Below, in pieces: positions 41,501-49,648 of a DNA stretch of 64,000 bases. A program made the position numbers and the translations under genes. The notes below the pieces were generated by a model. The model did not search any database. It was given only the letters and a program-made list of their open reading frames with translations, and was not told the origin of the DNA. This DNA comes from a virus (lineage: Duplodnaviria > Caudoviricetes): IMG/VR virus record IMGVR_UViG_3300034150_000083, positions 9,132 through 73,131 of that record; one strand, written 5' to 3'. Each line of letters opens with the position of its first letter. Positions within the stretch are counted from its first letter, which is position 1.

Positions 41501-42500
41501 CACGCTGGCGGTCTTGCCCAGCGATACAGGCTGGGGCATGTTACTCGGAGCACGTAGCGACGGCACTGGCTGGATTCAGCAGCAGCGCATTGATACCCAA
41601 GCTATCGCGTACACCCTTGCGCTGAACCCGGTAGGCGGCAACGTAGGCATTGGCACCTACAACGCAACCTCTAAGTTGACCGTGGACGGTGGCCCACTTG
41701 AAATGCGTTCCGGCCAGCCGATCTACTTCCGACGACCGGACAACGGCTACCACTATTACATGGCAGTAAGTGCTGCCACGCTCCTTCAAGTCGCCTCGGG
41801 CGGCGGCCCAGTGGGGATCAACATGGACACGAATGGGCTGGTTGCTATCGGCATCTCGGCCGTACCGTACCAGCGGCTCTCTGTCCTCCCCGCCGTGACC
41901 ATCACCAGCTTCGCTGCCGCCGGCCTGCAAATGCGAATCGGCGAGTCATCCAACAACGGCGCATACGGTCTGGGCCTGGGCTTCTGCTACATCAACTCCA
42001 TCTGGTCAAGTGTCCTGCAAACCGCCCCCGCCCCCGGCCCCATGTTCATCAACCCGCTTGGCGGCAACGTGGCTATTGGCGGCATCGGCGGTATGCTGGC
42101 CTCCCAACCAACCTGGGTCAACCCAACCAACCCGCTGATGGTAATCCCGACCACGAACCCCACTGCCTTCGGCAAAGCCTCGCAACAGTTGCTGCTCTGC
42201 GAGAGTTCCGCGAACCCCGGCTACGGAATGGCAATGGGCTACGGCATCAACTACGGCAGCAGGTATTGTGGGGCCATTCAGTCTTGGGAAAACAATGCCG
42301 TGTCACCGTTGTACCTGAACCCGGCAGGAGGCAATGTCATTTTTTGCCATTCGGGAGTACAGGGGCCAGACTTCAACGCAATGCCTCTTGGCTCGATGAT
42401 GATCTACCTCAGGCAATCAGATAATCTCGCGTTTTTCTACTTTAAAAGAAGCGACAGCCACACATATAGATTTGCCAGTCTCAACACTACATCTTCATAG
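38571..42500 (+). CDS. Tail fibre with collagen triple helix and repeated QTPWL modules
   Basis: 40 consecutive G-X-Y triplets (~38680-39045); many GNVGIGT-type fibre motifs; GTG 38571. Confidence 0.85.
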   Translation: MTRTIELDAIIVKPYLIVQLDPTKDFVVSLAAGQPIPGPPGPQGPQGIPGPVGPTGPKGDTGNTGSTGATGSTGPQGPQGIQGIPGQVGPAGPKGDTGSTGSTGATGPPGSTGPQGDPGVPGSQGPVGSTGSTGSQGPKGDKGDPGIQGPQGPAGAVNVQDEGTARTPRTFLNFVGAGVTATDNAAFDRIDVTIPGAVAGAGQTPWLQDIDASGFKLNKVGGIGIGPAVGAQSTIGIFVDGTGFQDGFRQLNASPSGAPGCSFQNDLGTGLNIRVYGSARLPANIAVIETFGPLAFIQNSAEAMRLDIAGRVGIGKIPSAYRLEVAGDVDVTGTYRVNGVPLAVGVSSVFGRSGAVVAASADYTAAQVTNAVSTIGSYADPAWITALAYAKITGAPAAGGGQTPWLQDINAATFKLNNSGGIGIGVASPTQALHVAKADNNDVILVSGSSTSVYMAFQSNATSGRITHFNGSAWGNILLAPFGGKVGIGIPATINYPLDVVGDVNISAGSVYRINGVPLSTGVPTSRQVIAGTGMSGGGALTADVTLNALPMIASGATGRGGTVPTPGATAGTTKFLREDATWGVPVGAAQTPWLSDIDAAGFSLNNATQVVVANLGANIGFLTGMPTECRLASSTNKTLRCQGTPLILDGLTYVAIQTNSPLTEKMRITAAGYVGIGQSVPVRSLHVGNVPLGGGMVISGGAPNLMLSSVETEPNTGPMGVFFGMATAAGHFALPNAGDCMFGTQGTSRGDLYLSANYQAGDSSKKLLLQATSSGGAVGIGTTNLSTAKLVVQATIDRVLVVRGDPTPFGFPPAMLGPILAGVSSDHSTFEPFTIAGQTINLMIGKVGINTTAPAYQLDVVGDCNITGQYLVNGVPLSTGGGSQTPWLTDIQAAAYGLYNAGVITVLGSGTWEGYRLDVHSAGGQAARFRGEGNVYGMTVMGTGKVGIGTDNPPLKLSIIGGATGYGDPVLGTAIGTLAVLPSDTGWGMLLGARSDGTGWIQQQRIDTQAIAYTLALNPVGGNVGIGTYNATSKLTVDGGPLEMRSGQPIYFRRPDNGYHYYMAVSAATLLQVASGGGPVGINMDTNGLVAIGISAVPYQRLSVLPAVTITSFAAAGLQMRIGESSNNGAYGLGLGFCYINSIWSSVLQTAPAPGPMFINPLGGNVAIGGIGGMLASQPTWVNPTNPLMVIPTTNPTAFGKASQQLLLCESSANPGYGMAMGYGINYGSRYCGAIQSWENNAVSPLYLNPAGGNVIFCHSGVQGPDFNAMPLGSMMIYLRQSDNLAFFYFKRSDSHTYRFASLNTTSS

Positions 42501-42512
42501 AAAGAGGTTCCA

Positions 42513-42800
42513 ATGACTTACACCGAGAGTGCCACTCTCATGAGCGACCCCGCCTTTCAGGGCCGCATCAAAGTCGCGGTTTTGAAGTTCGCCGATAGCA
42601 TCATGATCGAGGCATCATCAGTCCCGGCGCATAACACGCGCGAGAAGTGGGCGATCAGTACGATGCAGAACCCGCAGATGGTGGCCGCGCAGATTCAGCC
42701 GCCCACAGTGATGGACCCAGCGGTGCAGACGGCCGGGGCGGCGGTCACTGACGCCGAATTGCAGGCCGCAGTGGAAGGCGTCGTCAATAAGTTAATGTAG
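42513..42800 (+). CDS. Hypothetical fibre-associated protein
   Basis: SD AGAGG; directly after the fibre gene. Confidence 0.7.
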   Translation: MTYTESATLMSDPAFQGRIKVAVLKFADSIMIEASSVPAHNTREKWAISTMQNPQMVAAQIQPPTVMDPAVQTAGAAVTDAELQAAVEGVVNKLM

Positions 42801-42807
42801 TGAGTTC

Positions 42808-43164
42808 ATGCAAAGCCTGACCTTACCCTTCTACCAGCGCGTATTCTTGTGGAACGTGATCGGGAACCACGCCGCCCCCAACCTCAAGGAGGCCAGCGTG
42901 GGCTTGCGAGTCATTGAGAAACTGCGCCTCACCGACGAGGAGCAGTTGGAAAGCGAGTTCGCCGTCAACGGCCAGCAATACGGCTGGAAGCTGCCAGACC
43001 CAGACTACGGGACCAAGACCGTGGACCTGGAAACCGACGAGGGGAAGTCGCTGGCCGCGGCGATTGAGGCCGCGCCGACCCGCGTGATGGACGCGGTCTG
43101 GCTGCAACCGATCGTCGATAAACTAACCTCGCCAAACGGCGCCGGGCCTGTTGCGCAAAGCTGA
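42808..43164 (+). CDS. Hypothetical protein; paralog of 20123-20536
   Basis: Manual alignment (see findings). Confidence 0.65.
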   Translation: MQSLTLPFYQRVFLWNVIGNHAAPNLKEASVGLRVIEKLRLTDEEQLESEFAVNGQQYGWKLPDPDYGTKTVDLETDEGKSLAAAIEAAPTRVMDAVWLQPIVDKLTSPNGAGPVAQS

Positions 43165-43192
43165 GTTTCCAGTCATACTGTCTTTGCGCAAA
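43151..43192 (+). promoter_or_regulatory. Sigma70-type promoter TTGCGC-N17-CATACT flanked by two TTGCGCAA palindromes
   Basis: -35 at 43151-43156, -10 at 43174-43179, second palindrome TTTGCGCAAA at 43183-43192; ATG at 43196 with no SD. Confidence 0.6.
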
Positions 43193-43195
43193 AGC

Positions 43196-43405
43196 ATGGA
43201 CAGTAATGGATTCGGCGACGAGCATGAACGCGCTCTGATCCTCAAGGTTCATCCCGGTCTTCTCAGCCGCGTGGCGGAGAGGCTCGGGATGAGTCCGGCG
43301 GCGGTCTCGAGGACCTTCCACGGGATCACCCGCGAGCTCAACCCAAAGATCGTCGAAGCCCTGAACGAAGCCATCAGCTACGCGCGCAGAAGGAACACGA
43401 GGTGA
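43196..43405 (+). CDS. Cro-like helix-turn-helix regulator
   Basis: LLSRVAERLGMSPAAVSRTFHG HTH. Confidence 0.75.
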   Translation: MDSNGFGDEHERALILKVHPGLLSRVAERLGMSPAAVSRTFHGITRELNPKIVEALNEAISYARRRNTR

Positions 43406-44616
43406 ACATGTCCGAACAAGATCAAGCCTTGGTGCGTTCAGCCGGCGAGGTGATGAGCAACCAGATGGGCGAAGTGACCGTGCGCCAGGCGGTCGATGTC
43501 GCCGCAGTCCAACAGGTGGCCCACGCCCAAGCTGCCGTCCAGGCCCGCTACGTGATGGCGATCCAGCGCCCCCGCTCGGAGGTCAACTTCCGCTCGAAGC
43601 TCATGGCCGCGGTGGCCGATAAGGAGTTCGCCGCGTTGTGCGAGTATGCGAGACCCGTAGGAAAAGAAAAGAACGCGCAGGGTCGCTGGGTCGACAAGAT
43701 CGCCAAGGGTCCGACCATCCATCTCCTGCGCACCGCGCTCAGGTTGTTCGGGAACAATAGCTCCGAGCCTTCGATCATTACTGAGACGCCGGACCTGCGG
43801 ATCGGCGCGATCACCATCTCCGACTACGAGTCGAATTTCCATGTGGTGAGAACCTATGCGATCGAGAAGAAGGTCGAGAAGCGCGCCTACGAGGACCGCC
43901 AGACCAAGACGGTCGGCCCCCCGCCCGGCCGCGAAGTGCTCGCCACCAGGATCAATACCGACGGCGAGGAGGTCTACATCTGCCGGATGAACCTCGATGA
44001 GCTGAGGAAAGAGGACCTTCGACAGATCGCGTTGGCCAAGCGCGCCGCCGCCGAGGAGTTCTTGCCGCGCCATATCATCCGAGCCGCCCTGAAGCGGGCG
44101 GTCGAGGTCACCAACGAAGAGGATGCCAAGGATCCCGCCGGCGCGCGGAACAGGCTGATCGACGCCTTCGCCGAGCTTCGCATCATGGCGAGCGAACTCG
44201 AGCAGTACCTCGGCCACTCGCTCGAGCGGATCTCGTCCGACGAACTGTCGGACATGCGCGGCGTGTGGACGCGCATCAGTAATGAAGAGGCAACGTGGGA
44301 AGAGTGCATCCGCGAACGCAACCCGGTGGGTTCGACCGACGACGCCGAGAAGGTGCGCGCGGCCAAGCTCGCCGCGCTCAGTGCCCCGGCCCCCGAGCAG
44401 AAGCCTGCCGAGGCACCCGCCCCCGCCGAGATCATCTCCCCCCTGCAGGCGAAGGATTTTTTCGACGTTTGTGTGGCAAATAACCTCGACGACGAGCAGG
44501 TCGCCAAGTTGGTCAAGGCGGGCGGAGCCGATCGCTACGATCACATGCGGCAGGACCTCTTCGATGTCGTCCTGAAGATGGCCCGCGCGACCAAGGGCAA
44601 GGCGGTGAAGAAGTGA
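43402..44616 (+). CDS. Phage recombination / ssDNA-annealing-type protein (tentative)
   Basis: QARYVMAIQRPR N-terminal motif; adjacent to an SMC-like ATPase. Confidence 0.5.
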   Translation: MNMSEQDQALVRSAGEVMSNQMGEVTVRQAVDVAAVQQVAHAQAAVQARYVMAIQRPRSEVNFRSKLMAAVADKEFAALCEYARPVGKEKNAQGRWVDKIAKGPTIHLLRTALRLFGNNSSEPSIITETPDLRIGAITISDYESNFHVVRTYAIEKKVEKRAYEDRQTKTVGPPPGREVLATRINTDGEEVYICRMNLDELRKEDLRQIALAKRAAAEEFLPRHIIRAALKRAVEVTNEEDAKDPAGARNRLIDAFAELRIMASELEQYLGHSLERISSDELSDMRGVWTRISNEEATWEECIRERNPVGSTDDAEKVRAAKLAALSAPAPEQKPAEAPAPAEIISPLQAKDFFDVCVANNLDDEQVAKLVKAGGADRYDHMRQDLFDVVLKMARATKGKAVKK

Positions 44617-45953
44617 CGCGCCGGCTCAAGTCTGTTGAAATACGAAATGTTAAGGGTATCGAATCGCTCACCTTTAACACCGGCGCTGTGACGGTCCTCC
44701 GCGGCCGGAACGGCGCCGGGAAAACCTCTGCCGTCGACGCCTTGGTTTCGGTCTTCGAAGGCGGGCATGACCCTGACTTAATCAGGAAGGGGGCCAAGGA
44801 GGGATCGATCCTCCTTAGTTTGGACGACGGCGTAACCATCAAGAAAACGATCAAGCCCGAGCGCTCCATCTTAGAGGTACGCACCGCCGACAAAGGTAAG
44901 GTCTCGGCGGAAGCCACGTATGTCAAGAAACTCGCCTCGGGTCTGAAGTTCAATCCGGCTGCCTTCATTAGTATGTCGGGCCGAGAACGGGCCGAGGAAC
45001 TCTCGAAGGTGATGCCCGTGAAGTTCGGCGGCCAGGAGGTCAATGACGCCGCCAACGAAGCTATCCTGCACCCGCAGGAAGTAATCGACCAGAAGCGTTT
45101 CACCGAGATCAGGGAAGGTCGATACACCAGCAGGACCGAGGTCCGGCGCGAACAGGATACCGCCGTTGGATTCATCCAGGAGACCGAGAAGAACCTGCCC
45201 GTGGGCGACTCCGCCTCCTGGCAGGGTGTCGTCGAACTACTCCGCACCCAAGTAAGTGAGGCCAAGGCGGGACTCGAGCGGGAAGTAAATGAGGTCGAGC
45301 GCAAGGCGATCGGTGTCGTCAACGGGATGCGGGACACCTTGGACGGGAAGCTTGCCGCGCTGAAGAAGGAGTACGACGAGGCGGTAGCCACGCTCAACTG
45401 GAACTACAACTCTGGCCATGCCGAAGTTGTCAAGAGCATGGAGGCCGAGAAGCACGATCTCCGCGCCGCCTCTGCCCAGCAACTGGAGGACTTAAACACC
45501 TCACTGGGCATGGCCGAGCGGTCGCTCTCCGATCAGAACCGGGTCGAGGGCCAGCGCCAGCAGTTAGAGAAGATGCGGCTCTCGGCTCAGAGCCTGCAGG
45601 CCCGCTGGAACCAGCTCGATACGGCGGTCAAGGGACTCGACCGACTCAAGAGCGAGAAGCTTGCCAAGCTCCCGATCCCCGGCATCGAGGTCAGGACCAG
45701 CGATAAGAACATGCCCGAAGTCTACGTCGAAGGCGTGCCGTGGGAGCACGTCAATAAGTCGATGCAGTGTAAGATCGCCATAACAATCGCGGCGCAGGCG
45801 CTCGGCGACTTACCCCTGATGGTCTTGGATGAATCCGAGGTCCTCGATGCCGACAGTATGCAACTCCTGATCGGCGCGGCCAAGGACTTAGGGCTGCAGA
45901 TCATCATGGCGCGCGTCGAATCCGGCGCGGCGCTCGAGGCGGTCGAGGCTTAG
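44613..45953 (+). CDS. SbcC/SMC-like AAA ATPase
   Basis: Walker A GRNGAGKTS, long coiled coil, Walker B LMVLDESE. Confidence 0.85.
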   Translation: MTRRLKSVEIRNVKGIESLTFNTGAVTVLRGRNGAGKTSAVDALVSVFEGGHDPDLIRKGAKEGSILLSLDDGVTIKKTIKPERSILEVRTADKGKVSAEATYVKKLASGLKFNPAAFISMSGRERAEELSKVMPVKFGGQEVNDAANEAILHPQEVIDQKRFTEIREGRYTSRTEVRREQDTAVGFIQETEKNLPVGDSASWQGVVELLRTQVSEAKAGLEREVNEVERKAIGVVNGMRDTLDGKLAALKKEYDEAVATLNWNYNSGHAEVVKSMEAEKHDLRAASAQQLEDLNTSLGMAERSLSDQNRVEGQRQQLEKMRLSAQSLQARWNQLDTAVKGLDRLKSEKLAKLPIPGIEVRTSDKNMPEVYVEGVPWEHVNKSMQCKIAITIAAQALGDLPLMVLDESEVLDADSMQLLIGAAKDLGLQIIMARVESGAALEAVEA

Positions 45954-45959
45954 TTTACG

Positions 45960-46259
45960 GTGTTTCCACTGGGGGTTCAACCAATGGGTATTAAGGATCG
46001 TAAACGCTTCGCTGAGTTAGATGCTTTAATACTGGCCGGATACGGAGACATGCCGCAAGACAAGATCCCTGACTCGGCGGTGATCGCCGCCGAGGATGGC
46101 CTTGAAATCACCGAAAAGGGTCCGGCCCGGGACACCCGGTTCGCTAAGTCAGTCGAGGATCCGCCCCGGCGGCCGCCGTCGAATCGTTCTCGGACAGAAC
46201 GGGACCGCCTCAATGCTCTGGCCCGCGCCAGATACCTGTACAAGAAGAAAGGAACCTAA
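45960..46259 (+). CDS. Hypothetical protein
   Basis: Fills the gap between operon genes; start uncertain. Confidence 0.45.
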   Translation: MFPLGVQPMGIKDRKRFAELDALILAGYGDMPQDKIPDSAVIAAEDGLEITEKGPARDTRFAKSVEDPPRRPPSNRSRTERDRLNALARARYLYKKKGT

Positions 46260-46751
46260 GTGCCGAACTGCTTATTCCGGAGCGTGGAGATACTCCATCT
46301 TGAAGTCAGAGGAATGGAAAATGGTTTCATGACCTCGCTACATCTGCGGGCGGTCCTGAGTAAGCCCGTCGCCACCGAGATGGGATGGCTCGGCCTACTG
46401 GAGGTCGATGGGTGGGGGCCCTCGGTCGACCTGAAGGCCAGCGTGGGGCGAGGTTCCGGCACTTTCAAACCGAATGGCAAGCCGGACGGGTCCATGTCGA
46501 TCGAGTTCGATAGCCTGGAAAAGTTCAAAGGCATCGAGGCCGAGGATGCCGGGGGGAAGGAGAAACACAGCGTCAAGTTTGTCCTCAAGACCTCCGACAA
46601 GGAGGCGTCTCTGCAGCTCGCCGCCTTCTGGATGGCGAATCAGCGTATAAACCACCACCTCCAAGTAAAATTTCATGAATTATTGGATGCCGCCAAGCCT
46701 GAGGAAGTGAAACCGGGGGCCTCGAAAGCCAGCGCCGGCCTGGAGGGATAA
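46260..46751 (+). CDS. Hypothetical protein
   Basis: SD AAGGA; abuts both neighbours. Confidence 0.65.
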   Translation: MPNCLFRSVEILHLEVRGMENGFMTSLHLRAVLSKPVATEMGWLGLLEVDGWGPSVDLKASVGRGSGTFKPNGKPDGSMSIEFDSLEKFKGIEAEDAGGKEKHSVKFVLKTSDKEASLQLAAFWMANQRINHHLQVKFHELLDAAKPEEVKPGASKASAGLEG

Positions 46752-47453
46752 GTGAACGCGCTCGATACGTGGCGTGCCAGTCTGCCGGACGTAGCCGAGG
46801 AGAGATTACCCAAGGCGCTGAAGCTCGTCGTGCCCGGCGCCCCCCGAACAAAGAAGAATTCTCCGGTAATAGTTCGTAACGTGACAGACGCCTTCCTCAA
46901 GGACTTGATCTGGTCCTGGGAACGGGAGAAGGCGAGTCAAATGGTTAGTTTGTCCGATATCATAACGTGGCTGGAGAACCGGGAGACCATCTTCCCGCAT
47001 CCCCGGCTGCTCCCCTCGCAGGCTTTCCGCGACTGGGAGGCCGCCGCCGTCAAAGCCGTCCTGCCCGTGCTCGAGCCTCTGAAACGGTACTTCCCGATTA
47101 CTTACTCGTGCCACCTGATCGCCAAGGTCTACCGGGACCGGGACGCCGGCGACTGGCTCGGGTACATGCAGGGCATCAGCGACTTCCTGGAGGATATAGG
47201 TGTCGTCGAGGACGACGTGCTGATCCGATCGTATGATGGCAGCCGCCTGTACAAGGACTCGGAGAATCCGCGGGTCGAACTGTGGCTCTCCCCGTGGCAC
47301 CAGGAGGCAGACACCGGACTCTTCGAGAGGCCCGCCAAGGAGTGGGCCAACCATGTAGAACCGGAACCGGAATCCATTTCGGCCGACGAGGAACAGCGCG
47401 GCGGGTCCCGTACCGGACTCTTCAGCGTGTACGGCGGTCGCCGTCATGGCTAA
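46752..47453 (+). CDS. rusA: RusA-like Holliday junction resolvase
   Basis: VVPGAPRTKKNS; RDRDAGD..GISDFL..GVVEDD; NPRVEL. Confidence 0.7.
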   Translation: MNALDTWRASLPDVAEERLPKALKLVVPGAPRTKKNSPVIVRNVTDAFLKDLIWSWEREKASQMVSLSDIITWLENRETIFPHPRLLPSQAFRDWEAAAVKAVLPVLEPLKRYFPITYSCHLIAKVYRDRDAGDWLGYMQGISDFLEDIGVVEDDVLIRSYDGSRLYKDSENPRVELWLSPWHQEADTGLFERPAKEWANHVEPEPESISADEEQRGGSRTGLFSVYGGRRHG

Positions 47454-47901
47454 GAGGGAACCTCACTGCCCCATCTGTGGCTACACCGCCAAGGACGCTG
47501 CGTACAACCTGGATCACGGGCTGTGCAAGGGTAAGGTCCCGGCTTCGAAGGCGAAGCTTCCGCAGGCTAAGTCCGAACCCGAGGAACGCTTCCTCCTCGC
47601 CTGGAGGGCCCTCGGCGGCCCGGCACCGGAGCGCGAGTATCGATTCGCGCCTGACCGCAAGTGGCGGTTCGACTTCGCCTGGCCCTCTGACAGAATCGCC
47701 GTCGAGATCGAGGGAGGCATCAACGATTTCGGCAAAGGCCGGGGCTACCACCTCCGCAAGGAAGGGTTCCTCAAGGATGCCGCCAAATACAACCGCGCTT
47801 CCGTCCTCGGTTGGCGCGTCTGGAGACTGGCCCCCTCTCAGATTCAGCCGGCGGCTCTCGAAGAAATCATCCATGTGCTGGAGCATAAAAAGGAATCATG
47901 A
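47446..47901 (+). CDS. PD-(D/E)XK / Vsr-like endonuclease
   Basis: EYRF..RKWRFDFAWP..IAVEIEGG..KYN.A..LGWRV. Confidence 0.8.
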   Translation: MAKREPHCPICGYTAKDAAYNLDHGLCKGKVPASKAKLPQAKSEPEERFLLAWRALGGPAPEREYRFAPDRKWRFDFAWPSDRIAVEIEGGINDFGKGRGYHLRKEGFLKDAAKYNRASVLGWRVWRLAPSQIQPAALEEIIHVLEHKKES

Positions 47902-48251
47902 CGGCCATATTCTTGGAAGATAGTTTCGATTCGGCGCACTACCTGCCGAACGTGCAGCCTACCCACAAATGCCACGAGCTGCACGGGCATACCTACCGGA
48001 TCCGCATCGAGATCACCGGAGAGGTGGGCGAGCGTACGGGCTGGATCATGGACTATCAAACCGCGCGCAACGTCTGGCAGCATAACGTCAAACAGGTCCT
48101 CGATCATCGCTTGCTGAATGAGATCGAGGGGCTCCAGAACCCAACCTGCGAACTGATCGCCGCCTGGATCGCAGAGCGGTTGGACTTCGCCGGCCTCGTC
48201 AGAATCGAACTCCGCGAGACCGAGCACTGCGGAGTCGTCTATATCCCATGA
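47898..48251 (+). CDS. queD: 6-carboxytetrahydropterin synthase
   Basis: FDSAHYL, KCHELHGHTY, DHRLLN, NPTCE, ETEHC: canonical T-fold QueD motifs. Confidence 0.93.
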   Translation: MTAIFLEDSFDSAHYLPNVQPTHKCHELHGHTYRIRIEITGEVGERTGWIMDYQTARNVWQHNVKQVLDHRLLNEIEGLQNPTCELIAAWIAERLDFAGLVRIELRETEHCGVVYIP

Positions 48252-48856
48252 CCTTCTTACTTGATACTTCGGAGGACCTGGACGTGTGCGCCCAGGACCT
48301 CGGCGTGGATCCGGTGTCGGTGGGTCAGCTCATCACGCCGCTCACCAAGTTCAGCAACCGCGGCGCCGTCTTCGCGATCGACAACGGGTGCTTCTCTGGC
48401 CTGCGTCTCGAGCCGTTCCTCGCCATCCTGGAACGCGAGAAGGCCAACCGCAAGAAGTGCATCTTCGTCACCGTGCCGGACGTTGTCTGCTCGATGCGCC
48501 GGACCCTGGAACTGTTCCAGTACTGGCAGGAGCGGCTCCATGGGTGGCCTCTGGCATTGGCAATCCAGAACGGCGTCGAGCACTTCAACCTGCCGTGGCC
48601 CGAGATCGACGCCGTCTTCATCGGCGGCGACGATGCCTTCAAGTCGAGCGCCCCGGCCGTCCACGTCATCCGTGCCGCCCAAGCCCTTGGAAAGTGGGTA
48701 CATGTGGGCCGGGTCAACGAACCCGTGCGCTTCCGCTGGTGCCAGGACCTGGCGGTAGACAGTATCGATGGCAGCGGCATTAGCCAGTACTCACACCAGC
48801 GCCGGCAGATCCATGGCGGCGATCAGGTTCTTCTGGATTTGGAGCCTACCCTATGA
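48248..48856 (+). CDS. Minimal TGT/DpdA-fold (guanine transglycosylase-like) protein
   Basis: AIDNGCFS, VPDVV, AIQNG, FIGG, VHVGRVN and VDSIDGS occur in the same order as TGT motifs DSGG, D, QG, GG, HxxG and D; ATGA-coupled to queD. Confidence 0.65.
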   Translation: MTFLLDTSEDLDVCAQDLGVDPVSVGQLITPLTKFSNRGAVFAIDNGCFSGLRLEPFLAILEREKANRKKCIFVTVPDVVCSMRRTLELFQYWQERLHGWPLALAIQNGVEHFNLPWPEIDAVFIGGDDAFKSSAPAVHVIRAAQALGKWVHVGRVNEPVRFRWCQDLAVDSIDGSGISQYSHQRRQIHGGDQVLLDLEPTL

Positions 48857-49071
48857 ACGAACAAGAGATTCTCAACCGGGTCCGCGAGGCGATCGCCTGC
48901 CTGGACGAGGCAGCCAACCATCTCCCGATCGACAATCGGTTCCAGCGCAAGCTACATACCCGCATCCAGGACGCGGGCGACCGACTGGTCGAGGTCCGAG
49001 AGGAACTGCAGATCGAGGTCGAGGCGGCGGAGAAGCTCCGCCGCGTGCTTGAGCGTAAAACTACTACTTAG
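48853..49071 (+). CDS. Small coiled-coil protein
   Basis: ATGA coupling; SD GGAG. Confidence 0.65.
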   Translation: MNEQEILNRVREAIACLDEAANHLPIDNRFQRKLHTRIQDAGDRLVEVREELQIEVEAAEKLRRVLERKTTT

Positions 49072-49471
49072 GCTGCGGAGTCGGAGGCAGTGTCGGAGGC
49101 TTGATGCCGCCCGTAGGAGGCTTGCCATCAGCGTCCACCAGGATCCAGCGATACCGGGCATGCTCGGTCCCGATCACGAAGACCAACAGCCAGCACTTGC
49201 CGCTGACACCATCGCCGGGGTTCAGCGGGGGCCAGATGGTTCCTGGAGGTGTCGGCGTAGGCAGCGTATTGTCCGGCCCGACAGGAATGTGGATCGGGTA
49301 GGACGGATGCCCGCCCGAGGGCAGCGTATTGTCCGGAAGGTTCACACCTGGCGGCGTGGGAGGCAGCACGATCGGGTTAGAGGGCCGGTGGATGGGATGG
49401 CCTTGGCCGTAGCCGGGATCGACGGGGCGACCTTCAGAATCGACGGGGATGATCATCGCAAGGGTGCTCAT
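49064..49471 (-). CDS. Lone reverse-strand Pro-rich protein with PDNTLP / GHP..PI repeats
   Basis: Internal repeats and a short hydrophobic C-terminal strand; ATG 49471 preferred over the longer ORF start. Confidence 0.65.
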   Translation of the reverse strand: MSTLAMIIPVDSEGRPVDPGYGQGHPIHRPSNPIVLPPTPPGVNLPDNTLPSGGHPSYPIHIPVGPDNTLPTPTPPGTIWPPLNPGDGVSGKCWLLVFVIGTEHARYRWILVDADGKPPTGGIKPPTLPPTPQPK

Positions 49472-49504
49472 ACCGCTATGGTATTCCCAATCCTGAAAAA
49501 GTCC

Positions 49505-49533
49505 TTGCGCAAAAGGAATGCTATTGATAGACT
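49505..49533 (+). promoter_or_regulatory. Promoter TTGCGC-N17-TAGACT for the replication genes
   Basis: Exact 17-bp spacing; the -35 lies within CCTTGCGCAAAAGG. Confidence 0.6.
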
Positions 49534-49596
49534 TGACCCGTTCGACGGAAGCAGCGAGGATTGATCCCCCCGCTGTACGAACGGAATCGCCGGAAA

Positions 49597-49645
49597 CCGG
49601 GCGGGGTATCCCCTCCAGGACCCCGCCCCCGGCTAGCCTGGAGGG
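49597..49645 (+). promoter_or_regulatory. 5'UTR hairpin whose loop is complementary to the initiator Shine-Dalgarno region
   Basis: Stem GGGCGGGGT/ACCCCGCCC; loop CCCTCCAGG (49611-49619) is the exact reverse complement of CCTGGAGGG (49637-49645). Confidence 0.55.
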
Positions 49646-49648
49646 CAC

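Noticed and set aside
38571-42500. Diversity-generating retroelement acting on the fibre
   Set aside because: No reverse transcriptase and no near-identical TR/VR pair differing only at adenines.
49597-49645. preQ1 riboswitch identity for the initiator leader, tempting because queD is nearby
   Set aside because: Lacks the preQ1-I consensus loop and A-rich 3' tail; kept only as an unassigned structure.
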